A DNA stretch of 25,340 nt from a virus. Its lineage: Duplodnaviria > Heunggongvirae > Uroviricota > Caudoviricetes. Each line of letters starts with the position of its first letter. The stretch's first letter is position 1. Under the pieces are notes generated by a model. That model saw only the letters and a program-made list of their open reading frames with translations, was not told where the DNA came from and did no database searches. The translations under genes and the position numbers were made by a program. Below, one piece after another: positions 17,598 through 25,340 of the stretch. The stretch lies in IMG/VR virus record IMGVR_UViG_641736116_000024; one strand, 5' to 3'.

Positions 17598-18807
17598 GAT
17601 TACCTCGCCGTAATTGCTCCAAAGTTTCTACGCTGGTTTCAGATGACCAGACAATATCCCTGTCATTTTTGTTAGCCAGTTGATGCAACATTCCTTTCTT
17701 ATGTATCGTTTCTAAACTTTTTATAAGAGAATCTAACGACGACTTATCCTCTTGGGCTATTCGTCTATGAACAGCAGCAATAAATTTATCTGGGGAAATT
17801 GAATTCGCGATATATTGCTCATACTCTTCCTGGTAAATCTCCCTTATTTTAGAATACAAATGACCAAGTAGTTTCCTATCGTAATCACTCGTAAAAATAT
17901 TTCTCGCAAGCTCAGCATTATAATAATATTCCTTTGCATGCATAGCGATATCCTGATGTATATCTGCGACAATCATTTTTAAGACGAAATACTCATTATC
18001 ATATTGTTTCTCATCAGAAAAACGCTCAACACATATCTTCTTGGGTGCTTCTAAATTTATCTGCTGAATAAATTGCTTTACCGCAACAAACACTGTAGAC
18101 GAGCTGTTTTCGGGCTTGCAAATTGAGCTATGCCCTTCATTAACTGCAATTGAGTTATTTCGTTCACTATCCATCGGTAATGCGCTTTTTTTATCAACTA
18201 TAGTGTCATGAGAACCATAAACATATCTAGTGATAGGAAGTTTTTTGCTACAATTTATCCAGCGCCTATTCAACGTATCGGTCGCTTCACTTAACAATCC
18301 AAGATCTACTAACTGAGCATTTGAAGATACCATTGAAGTTATATTCGCCAATTTAGCACCAAAGTGAGGGACTGCTAACGAAATGAATCCAATTATATTA
18401 GATTGTTCCTCATGCTCAACTTTTTTTAGAATTAGATTTTTTGATATTACCCCCCCCATACTATGGGCGATTATTATAATTCGAGAGTAATCACTTAGCG
18501 TTACCCTAATCTCAGTATACAATAACTCAGCTATTTCATCAGTTGGTAAATTTCTCTCTAACTTATTTTTCTTAGAGAAAATACGAGCCCATAATCCTGA
18601 CGTTTTAGCATACGTTTGTGTAAATTTGGTGAAATAATTGAAACATGCAATATCAAATACATTGCCAATGTCTTCATCTTCTGCTAATAGTTTTGGAAAT
18701 GAAGTTTCTTTATTAAAGTTCCATGTTTCCAAACCACCATTTAATCCATGTACAAATAGTATCAGGCTATCTTTTTTCTCGTGGCTTATCCATTCAACCA
18801 TGCTCAT
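17584..18807 (-). CDS. Alpha/beta-hydrolase (lipase/esterase-like) effector with a C-terminal helical domain; LmuA-like effector position
   Basis: 407 aa. Oxyanion-hole LILFVHG (His20-Gly21), nucleophile elbow IIIAHSMGG (Ser116), downstream YVYGSHDTIVD and NEGHSS as candidate Asp/His. C-terminal about 180 aa is helical and charged. Confidence 0.7.
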   Translation of the reverse strand: MSMVEWISHEKKDSLILFVHGLNGGLETWNFNKETSFPKLLAEDEDIGNVFDIACFNYFTKFTQTYAKTSGLWARIFSKKNKLERNLPTDEIAELLYTEIRVTLSDYSRIIIIAHSMGGVISKNLILKKVEHEEQSNIIGFISLAVPHFGAKLANITSMVSSNAQLVDLGLLSEATDTLNRRWINCSKKLPITRYVYGSHDTIVDKKSALPMDSERNNSIAVNEGHSSICKPENSSSTVFVAVKQFIQQINLEAPKKICVERFSDEKQYDNEYFVLKMIVADIHQDIAMHAKEYYYNAELARNIFTSDYDRKLLGHLYSKIREIYQEEYEQYIANSISPDKFIAAVHRRIAQEDKSSLDSLIKSLETIHKKGMLHQLANKNDRDIVWSSETSVETLEQLRRGNHEEK

Positions 18808-18896
18808 ATGCTTTTCTGCCGTGTATAAAAATTAAACTATAACAAACAATTCCTCAACAATAACATATTGTTACCCCGTTTGACCGTTTTTTTCAA
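18808..18896 (-). promoter_or_regulatory. Putative promoter region for the cargo operon
   Basis: AT-rich intergenic spacer between the A stop and the hydrolase start, with TATAGT and TATACA -10-like hexamers on the minus strand. No experimental support. Confidence 0.3.
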
Positions 18897-21179
18897 CTAC
18901 CACTCACGCTGTCTGTCAAAAAAGTCGATATCGTTATCAAATTTAAAACGCTTATGCCCAAAATCCAAAACAGCTCCGCGAGCGAGAGCTTCAAGCTCCC
19001 AATAACTAGCCTGAATGTCACTTTGTGCAAGAAGAACCTTAATTTTCGGGATAGTCTTTCTCTCCTGCCTTGTCAACCGGGCGGATGGGGCAGGAAAGTA
19101 GCTTCGACCATTGAAAGGGGTAAAGCTCTGCTGTGAACGATTACTGCATTTCAGTTCATTACTCAATAAGTCTCTAAGTACCTTCATAATGCCTGGCTCG
19201 GTCCAACTTAGAATCCCTTCATCTATTAAATTTAACACCGCTGCAGCATGCTCAGTCGGTGTGGGAGCCGGTAACGAAGTATCACCACCGGTGAGTTTTC
19301 CACAGTTATTGACAGGACTCCGAGGCGCGGCGATGCCGCTTTTTAAAGTCAAAGGCTCAACGACCGGAACTTTCGGCACAATGCGCCAGTCCGTCGTTCT
19401 GGTGATATGAATATGACGCGCGCCGAGATGCGGCGCGTAAATGCCGACCACTCTCTCGACTTCTTCCTCGTACTCGTTAACGTCATCCGACGGGCTACGG
19501 GCGACCCTGACAGTCTGACAATCGCGCGGGACATTTGCCCCACCCTGCGCGCTGATATACAACGCAAAATCACCACTGTCTGCGGCAGCGCGAGCAGCCT
19601 CGACGCGTTCGTCAAACTCATCAGCAATACTGACGCCGCGAGGCAATTTGCGTAGTTCACGGTAAGCCCCCATTGTCGGCAGTCCAACCGTTTTAAATTG
19701 CGGAATGCGCCACGTTGACGCCCATGCGGTAACAGCCGCGGCAGTATCTTTAAGCGGCTTACCGGTATCGTTATCGAGCTGACCATCCAGTGCATAGCCG
19801 TCGATGTTTTTTGAAATGTATTTCGCGATATATCCCGCAGCACCGCCCCGGTTAAGGTGTTTTGCCTGAAAACGGTTTCGCGCAGCTCCTCTTTCGTCTC
19901 CATCCTCTTTGAGCGCGTAGCGACGCATGATTTCGATAATCTGGTTACGCTGGCGTGGATTACAAAAAAGCATCATATGCCAGTGCGGCGTTCCGTCGTG
20001 GTGTGGCTCGACGACACGCAAACCGTAGACCTGTAAATCATTATCCTTGAATGCCGTGCGCATCAGGCTCCAGATGCGGCAGAGATAACGCTGCGCATCC
20101 TTTGGATTAAATGCCTCATCGTTCCAGCCGTGATTAAGCTGAACGGTTTTACTTTCGCCTTTTCTGACCTGACGTGTCGGGTGATACTTTGACGGCGCGG
20201 TCAGCGTGATAAACATCCCCACATCACCCTCTGCGGCGGCGTAACGCTCAATACCGGCAATGGTGTTCATCAGCTCCATCCGGCGAATTTCAGGATTAGA
20301 AATACTGCCCATCACCTTACTGATAAGGTCGATGCGCTCGCCGGTTTCCCTGTTTTCAAGGTCACACGATTTAAGAAATTCCAGATTTGCCTGGCGGCGC
20401 GCACGCACATCACGAATGGCGTGTTTACTGGCATAAGGAGAACGGTCTTTATTGACCTCCCCGACAGCTATCAGTAACGCTTCATGCCAGCGCATACGCT
20501 GGCCTTTAAGCTGATGAGTCCACCACTCATCGTTAAACAGACGGGCAATGGCAGAATATGCCTGCCTCGTGGTCATCTGCCCTTTACGGTATATTTTCCA
20601 GTAGAGAGGGGAAATATTGAAAGCACGTGCAGCGCCAGCAACATGACCATAGAGGTGAGCCTGCGCCTCATCCGTAAACAGCGATTCTTTTTCGCCATGC
20701 GCATCCACCCAGGCATCACTGAGTTCCCCATACATCATGAAAAGCTGCGATGAGATACGGGCAGCAAACTTTTTCAGCTCCTTGTCATTCATTCCCGGCA
20801 GGCGCGCATAGTGGTCACGCTCTGCCAGAAACAGTAACGACGCGTCGGTGTTCATTTCATGGCGCTGATTCACACGCTCAATGCGCGGCCATAAACGACG
20901 CTGAAAAGTGGATGTGAGGAAATAAAACCCGTGCACCGGGCTTTTATTGCGCCGGATGTGGTCATAGCGTGAAGTAAACAGCGAGCGCAAAAAGTAAGGC
21001 AGGCGGTTAATCGTGGATAAAACACCTTGCACCTGACGCATCTCGTCACGTGTAAGGGGTCTTTCGCGCCCGACGGCCTCGCGTGGCGCGTTCCATGCAT
21101 AAGCACCGGTAAACGCCTTACCGGTGCCTGCAGCAAATGCTGACGGAGGGACAAAACGCCCGGAGGCTTTAACGGCCAT
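18897..21179 (-). CDS. A: Replication initiation endonuclease gpA (rolling-circle initiator)
   Basis: Start MAVKASGRFVPPSAFAAGTGK as in P2 gpA, giving about 760 aa. The ORF track extends 14 codons upstream. The C-terminal region of about 100 aa is AT-rich and appears to diverge from P2 gpA as I recall it. Confidence 0.9.
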   Translation of the reverse strand: MAVKASGRFVPPSAFAAGTGKAFTGAYAWNAPREAVGRERPLTRDEMRQVQGVLSTINRLPYFLRSLFTSRYDHIRRNKSPVHGFYFLTSTFQRRLWPRIERVNQRHEMNTDASLLFLAERDHYARLPGMNDKELKKFAARISSQLFMMYGELSDAWVDAHGEKESLFTDEAQAHLYGHVAGAARAFNISPLYWKIYRKGQMTTRQAYSAIARLFNDEWWTHQLKGQRMRWHEALLIAVGEVNKDRSPYASKHAIRDVRARRQANLEFLKSCDLENRETGERIDLISKVMGSISNPEIRRMELMNTIAGIERYAAAEGDVGMFITLTAPSKYHPTRQVRKGESKTVQLNHGWNDEAFNPKDAQRYLCRIWSLMRTAFKDNDLQVYGLRVVEPHHDGTPHWHMMLFCNPRQRNQIIEIMRRYALKEDGDERGAARNRFQAKHLNRGGAAGYIAKYISKNIDGYALDGQLDNDTGKPLKDTAAAVTAWASTWRIPQFKTVGLPTMGAYRELRKLPRGVSIADEFDERVEAARAAADSGDFALYISAQGGANVPRDCQTVRVARSPSDDVNEYEEEVERVVGIYAPHLGARHIHITRTTDWRIVPKVPVVEPLTLKSGIAAPRSPVNNCGKLTGGDTSLPAPTPTEHAAAVLNLIDEGILSWTEPGIMKVLRDLLSNELKCSNRSQQSFTPFNGRSYFPAPSARLTRQERKTIPKIKVLLAQSDIQASYWELEALARGAVLDFGHKRFKFDNDIDFFDRQREW

Positions 21180-21444
21180 ATGAGCCAAAAGCCTCTGAGC
21201 AACGCTTGCTGAGTTGCTCAACCTGCGCGTTTAAATCAGCAAAAGACTTTGCGCTTCCGGTCAGAATATCGTGATGCATCAGGCCGGAAACGAGCTGGCT
21301 TAATTTCGGGTAATAACCAACCACCGCCAGCCATTCCTGACCGGCGTTTTTACCGCTTTCCGCTCTCTTTTTCTCGTGGAGAATAAACTGAAAGCTGTCA
21401 CTGGTAACGACATAACGTTCGCCAATTTCAATACGAATACTCAT
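21169..21444 (-). CDS. Small early-operon protein (P2 orf83 position)
   Basis: 91 aa, in the early operon immediately upstream of A. Confidence 0.6.
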   Translation of the reverse strand: MSIRIEIGERYVVTSDSFQFILHEKKRAESGKNAGQEWLAVVGYYPKLSQLVSGLMHHDILTGSAKSFADLNAQVEQLSKRCSEAFGSYGR

Positions 21445-21665
21445 GCCGTTCTCCGGTAACGTTTGTTTTTTGCTTCAAAGACTGACTGACAGGAAACACA
21501 ACGCGTGGCTGACGGGTAAGCCGCACGACGGGCAGCAGGTATTGGCGCGTCACACTCTTCGCAAACCAGCGCAGAAGCACCGCAATGTTTTACCCTTGCC
21601 GCGTTAATCTGGCGCTCCAGTAATTCAGCCTGTTGTTCCTGAATAAAATCTACGTTGTCCGGCAT
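21441..21665 (-). CDS. TraR/DksA-family C4 zinc-finger protein (P2 orf82 position)
   Basis: 74 aa with CGASALVCEECDAPIP...RCVSCQ, i.e. two CxxC pairs. Confidence 0.7.
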   Translation of the reverse strand: MPDNVDFIQEQQAELLERQINAARVKHCGASALVCEECDAPIPAARRAAYPSATRCVSCQSVFEAKNKRYRRTA

Positions 21666-21667
21666 TA

Positions 21668-21970
21668 TCAGCTCCTTTTATCGTTAAGTTTCCTGGATAC
21701 ATCAGCGCAATAACTGGCAAGTTCTGTCGTTAATTTTGTCAGTTCATCCACTGAGGAAATTTGCTTGTGGAATACAGCGCGTTTAACAAGTAAATTGACC
21801 ACATCAGACAGGAGGTTTAATTCATTCTGATAAATCGCGATAACAGATTCAGTTATGTCGCGTTTTTCTTTATCAAGGCAAAGTTGAATAAGAGACAAAT
21901 CGCCATTTTTCATAACGGCGATTTTTAAGGCGTTATTCAGTAATACAACTGAATGAGAACAGGACATCAA
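21668..21970 (-). CDS. Hypothetical early protein (P2 orf81 position)
   Basis: 100 aa ORF in the early operon. Confidence 0.55.
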   Translation of the reverse strand: MMSCSHSVVLLNNALKIAVMKNGDLSLIQLCLDKEKRDITESVIAIYQNELNLLSDVVNLLVKRAVFHKQISSVDELTKLTTELASYCADVSRKLNDKRS

Positions 21971-22191
21971 AGCACCTCCCCGCGAGACAATCCGATATTG
22001 TGAAATTTTTCCGACTCCTGACTGAGCAGCTCGACTATCTCCACGCGGGATAACTCCGCCTTTGTGATATGGCGAATCATGGCGTCAAGATGAGAAGAAA
22101 AGCGTGTCGCTGCGTCGGCCTGTGCTTCGGCTCTGGCCTGTTGCAGCAGTAATGCGTATTTACCGCACTTGTTTTCAGAAACTGTATGCAT
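21967..22191 (-). CDS. Hypothetical early protein (P2 orf80 position)
   Basis: 74 aa ORF in the early operon. Confidence 0.55.
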   Translation of the reverse strand: MHTVSENKCGKYALLLQQARAEAQADAATRFSSHLDAMIRHITKAELSRVEIVELLSQESEKFHNIGLSRGEVL

Positions 22192-22254
22192 GACTTTCTC
22201 CAGGCAAAAAGAAGCCCCGCACGATTAAGTGCGTTAAAAACTCTGGTTAATTAT

Positions 22255-22755
22255 TTAATGCAGATATTGCTCTGGTTTTACCGACGTCAGAATTGTCGGT
22301 GCATACTCAAACAGGCTGAATAATTCACGTAATGCACGGAATAAAGCATCACGCCAGTAACATGATTCTTCATTAATTCGCCAGTATGGCTGGTTGAATT
22401 CTTTTTCAGTCAATCCGGCATGCATAAATAAAGTACGACGCTGACTGACTGTTAAAAAACTAATATATGCATACTCACTTGCGCCAACCTGACGGCGTTT
22501 TGAGAATGCCCCACGCAATTCATCAATTGCACAAACCAGCCGTTCACGTTCGACGTCGTTCATTTCTTCAAAACGCATCGTTGCGTGACGCTGTTTTAAC
22601 TGCGCATGGAAGCAAACCGTTAGCCGTTCGCGTTCCATCATCTGATTATAATAATCACATGTATCCTGCCAGCGAGGGACGGCAAGATGCTTGCCAATTA
22701 TCCGGCGCATAGCTGCTGGCTGTTTTTCAACGAGATTGAGCGTCATCACTGTCAT
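22255..22755 (-). CDS. B: Replication protein gpB (helicase loader)
   Basis: 166 aa, P2 gpB length and position. Confidence 0.9.
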   Translation of the reverse strand: MTVMTLNLVEKQPAAMRRIIGKHLAVPRWQDTCDYYNQMMERERLTVCFHAQLKQRHATMRFEEMNDVERERLVCAIDELRGAFSKRRQVGASEYAYISFLTVSQRRTLFMHAGLTEKEFNQPYWRINEESCYWRDALFRALRELFSLFEYAPTILTSVKPEQYLH

Positions 22756-22946
22756 TTCCAGACCCTCCGGCTTTTCAGAAAGGTCAGAGCCTTTTTTAAC
22801 GGACTCTGTTTTTTGGTGCGGATAATGATTCCCTTACGCCCCTTACCGTGGGTGATGGTGAAGTCAATCGCCCTGGGGCTTTCGTTACGCAATAACTGAG
22901 CAATACAACGAGGCTCATTCATACGGTTCTCCTTAACGTGGTTCAC
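22752..22946 (-). CDS. Hypothetical protein (P2 orf78 position)
   Basis: 64 aa basic ORF between cox and B. Confidence 0.5.
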   Translation of the reverse strand: MNHVKENRMNEPRCIAQLLRNESPRAIDFTITHGKGRKGIIIRTKKQSPLKKALTFLKSRRVWK

Positions 22947-23208
22947 CGAGACCTAACCACATCAACCAGCCGTCACGAATCTCTTTAGGACGGCTTTCAT
23001 AAGCCAGTTTTAGTCCGTTATTCCATGCCGGAAGGTATACCCAATATTCACCAGCACGCCCCGATACTGACTGAGGGTCAGTAATCTCAATAACTGGTAA
23101 TTTCCCTTTCTCAATCATGCCCCTTACAGCTCTTGGAGTTTTACCAATGAGTTTTGCAAACTCCTGATAAGGCACGGCATCAGTCACGCTTACAAGCTGT
23201 CTATTCAT
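22933..23208 (-). CDS. cox: Cox: excisionase and repressor of the lysogenic promoter
   Basis: 91 aa; contains IPYQEFAKLIGK...GKLPVI...GRAGEYWVYLPAWNNGLKLAYESRPKEIRDGWLMWLGLGEPR matching P2 Cox; first gene of the early operon. Confidence 0.9.
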   Translation of the reverse strand: MNRQLVSVTDAVPYQEFAKLIGKTPRAVRGMIEKGKLPVIEITDPQSVSGRAGEYWVYLPAWNNGLKLAYESRPKEIRDGWLMWLGLGEPR

Positions 23209-23233
23209 CTGCTACGATTCTCCCTTAGTGCTT

Positions 23234-23252
23234 CTAATGGCTCCTAATGGCT
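23234..23252. promoter_or_regulatory. Tandem direct repeat CTAATGGCT x2 in the cox/C switch region (candidate repressor operator half-sites)
   Basis: CTAATGGCT at 23234-23242 and 23244-23252, 10 bp apart, between divergent cox and C. P2-type repressors bind directly repeated half-sites. Confidence 0.4.
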
Positions 23253-23329
23253 AATTATTGCCTAAAAGGATAACTCCAGAAGCACAACATTTCACACTAT
23301 CAGCAAGAAATTACGCAATCGGAGTAATT

Positions 23330-23629
23330 ATGTCAATAGACGTTTCGGAGAAGTTGAAGCTAATCCGTGAATCTGAAAGGTTAAACCGTAAAGAATTCAG
23401 TGAATTAACTGGTGTAGCCTACAGCTCACTTTCGAGCTATGAGAGCCGGTCAAAAAACGCTGGAGTTGAAGCCATAATGAAGGTCTTACAACATCCTAGA
23501 TTTACTAAATATACTTTGTGGTTCATGACTGATCAGGTAGCTCCAGAAGCCGGGCAAATTGCGCCCGCTCTCGCACACTTTGGGCAAAACGAAACAACGT
23601 CGCCCCACTCCGGTCAAAAGACTGGTTAA
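23330..23629 (+). CDS. C: Immunity repressor C
   Basis: Start MSIDVSEKLKLIRESERLN with GGAG upstream gives 99 aa; C-terminus PRFTKYTLWFMTDQVAPEAGQIAPALAHFGQNETTSPHSGQKTG matches P2 C. The ORF track extends 24 codons upstream. Confidence 0.9.
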   Translation: MSIDVSEKLKLIRESERLNRKEFSELTGVAYSSLSSYESRSKNAGVEAIMKVLQHPRFTKYTLWFMTDQVAPEAGQIAPALAHFGQNETTSPHSGQKTG

Positions 23630-23744
23630 CAATTTATCGTGAATATATTCATCACAAGTGCCTACTATTGGTGGCTAAATTTCAGCCACCACGAAAAAAG
23701 CGATTAGTAGTAGCAAAAAAAAGTACCACTCGGAGGGTTTTCTG

Positions 23745-24758
23745 ATGGCAATCAAAAAACTCGATGATGGTCGATATGAAGTGGACATCCGCCCTACTGG
23801 ACGTAACGGAAAACGCATCCGTAGGAAGTTTGATAAGAAAAGCGAAGCTGTCGCTTTCGAAAAATACACGTTGTACAACCACCACAATAAAGAATGGCTA
23901 TCAAAACCAACAGACAAACGACGTCTGTCGGAACTGACACAGATCTGGTGGGATTTAAAGGGTAAACACGAAGAGCATGGGAAATCTAATCTTGGAAAAA
24001 TTGAAATCTTCACAAAAATAACGAATGACCCATGCGCATTTCAAATCACGAAATCCCTTATCAGCCAGTACTGCGCCACCCGAAGAAGTCAGGGTATTAA
24101 ACCTTCGAGTATCAATCGTGATTTAACATGTATTAGCGGCATGTTTACAGCCCTGATTGAAGCGGAGTTATTCTTTGGTGAGCATCCTATCAGAGGGACA
24201 AAGAGGCTTAAGGAGGAAAAACCAGAAACAGGCTATCTCACACAGGAAGAAATAGCCTTACTGCTTGCAGCACTTGACGGCGACAATAAAAAGATTGCGA
24301 TTCTTTGCCTAAGTACAGGAGCACGTTGGGGAGAAGCAGCTCGTTTGAAAGCAGAAAATATCATCCATAACCGCGTCACGTTTGTTAAAACGAAAACAAA
24401 CAAACCACGCACCGTCCCGATCTCAGAGGCTGTTGCCAAAATGATCGCGGATAACAAACGAGGTTTTTTATTCCCTGATGCTGATTACCCTCGCTTCAGA
24501 CGAACAATGAAAGCAATAAAACCGGATTTGCCAATGGGGCAAGCCACACATGCACTAAGGCACAGCTTTGCCACTCATTTCATGATTAATGGAGGAAGTA
24601 TTATCACGCTACAACGGATACTAGGTCACACGCGGATTGAGCAAACTATGGTTTACGCTCATTTTGCGCCAGAGTACCTTCAGGACGCCATTTCTCTTAA
24701 TCCGCTAAGAGGTGGTACTGAGGCCGAGAGTGTCCACACAGTGTCCACAGTAGAGTAA
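23745..24758 (+). CDS. int: Tyrosine integrase (P2 Int)
   Basis: 337 aa; catalytic region HALRHSFATHF...LGHTRIEQTMVYAHF gives the R-H-R-Y signature. Confidence 0.95.
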   Translation: MAIKKLDDGRYEVDIRPTGRNGKRIRRKFDKKSEAVAFEKYTLYNHHNKEWLSKPTDKRRLSELTQIWWDLKGKHEEHGKSNLGKIEIFTKITNDPCAFQITKSLISQYCATRRSQGIKPSSINRDLTCISGMFTALIEAELFFGEHPIRGTKRLKEEKPETGYLTQEEIALLLAALDGDNKKIAILCLSTGARWGEAARLKAENIIHNRVTFVKTKTNKPRTVPISEAVAKMIADNKRGFLFPDADYPRFRRTMKAIKPDLPMGQATHALRHSFATHFMINGGSIITLQRILGHTRIEQTMVYAHFAPEYLQDAISLNPLRGGTEAESVHTVSTVE

Positions 24759-24837
24759 CGTTTAAGGGCTTTCAGTGGTAATTTATGCCGCTCAAACCCG
24801 CATTGTACCGTTGAAAGCCCCTACTGGTGACACCCTA

Positions 24838-24864
24838 AATCTCCCTTACACGGGCTTATTTTTT
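24838..24864. other. P2 att core (prophage/host junction)
   Basis: AATCTCCCTTACACGGGCTTATTTTTT is the reverse complement of the 27-nt P2 core AAAAAATAAGCCCGTGTAAGGGAGATT as I recall it; it lies just downstream of int. Confidence 0.75.
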
Positions 24865-25022
24865 ATGCATAAGCCCTATCCCTGATAACCGTCTTCCATT
24901 GACCACATCGATAGAATCTCCCTTCATAGCACGATGCCTTTCACGTAACGGCATCGTGCTCGCACAGGTTCCGGCTAAGCACAACCAGAACGCGCATGTT
25001 TGACGCTTACCAAAAAATATTC

Positions 25023-25340
25023 TCACTCTCCACATTTGAATGTCAGACGAGCGACGCCATGTAATCCTGCACCTTCTGTCTTCAGGTCAACTATCTGCAT
25101 TTTTTTGCCCTGAGTAACACAGAAATGGGCTGCATCATTTTTTACTATATTTTCTGCACCAGATATTCTGCCCCTGGCTAAAGAAGCTTCGGCTTCGGTG
25201 TAGTATTGGTTATCGAGTTTACGCTGAATATTACTTTTATATGCAAGACCAAATTTACCGATACTTGTCTCATCATTATGCACAGCACAACCAGACATAA
25301 GAAAAACACTAATTAATGATATAGCAGCTATCTTTTTCAT
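25023..25340 (-). CDS. Host lipoprotein flanking the prophage
   Basis: 105 aa; signal peptide with lipobox (FLMSGC). Lies beyond the att core; the window ends at its start codon. Confidence 0.6.
   Translation of the reverse strand: MKKIAAISLISVFLMSGCAVHNDETSIGKFGLAYKSNIQRKLDNQYYTEAEASLARGRISGAENIVKNDAAHFCVTQGKKMQIVDLKTEGAGLHGVARLTFKCGE

Noticed and set aside
24865-25022. Possible tRNA or small RNA at the integration site
   Set aside because: No convincing cloverleaf stems were seen by eye, and P2-type integrases do not typically target tRNA genes; a tRNA scan would be needed to exclude it.
1-25340. CRISPR arrays, rRNA genes or insertion sequences
   Set aside because: No regularly spaced direct repeats, rRNA-like sequence or transposase-like ORFs with terminal inverted repeats were seen anywhere in the window.

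Overview
The window is most of a P2-family temperate prophage (Enterobacteriaceae-type) ending at one prophage/host junction. On the minus strand it carries the late structural and lysis module from tail fibre H to scaffold O (H, I, J, W, V, S, R, lysC/B/A, K, Y, X, L, M, N, O), with P and Q divergent on the plus strand. The cos site follows, then an AT-rich three-gene cargo operon where P2 carries its own accessory genes, then the early replication operon (A, small ORFs, B, cox), the C repressor, the integrase, the 27-bp att core and a host lipoprotein gene. Two things stand out. The cargo operon (15118-18807) encodes an alpha/beta-hydrolase effector, a small middle protein and a Rad50/SMC-like ABC ATPase with a zinc hook, which is the layout of ABC-three-component (Lamassu-like) anti-phage systems. 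The left end (about 317-2245) looks like a Gin/Hin/Cin-type invertible tail-fibre segment with convergent tail-fibre-assembly genes and a silent alternative fibre C-terminus; the invertase gene is not in the window. All calls rest on reading the supplied ORF translations and sequence by eye and on recalled P2 protein and site sequences; no searches were run.
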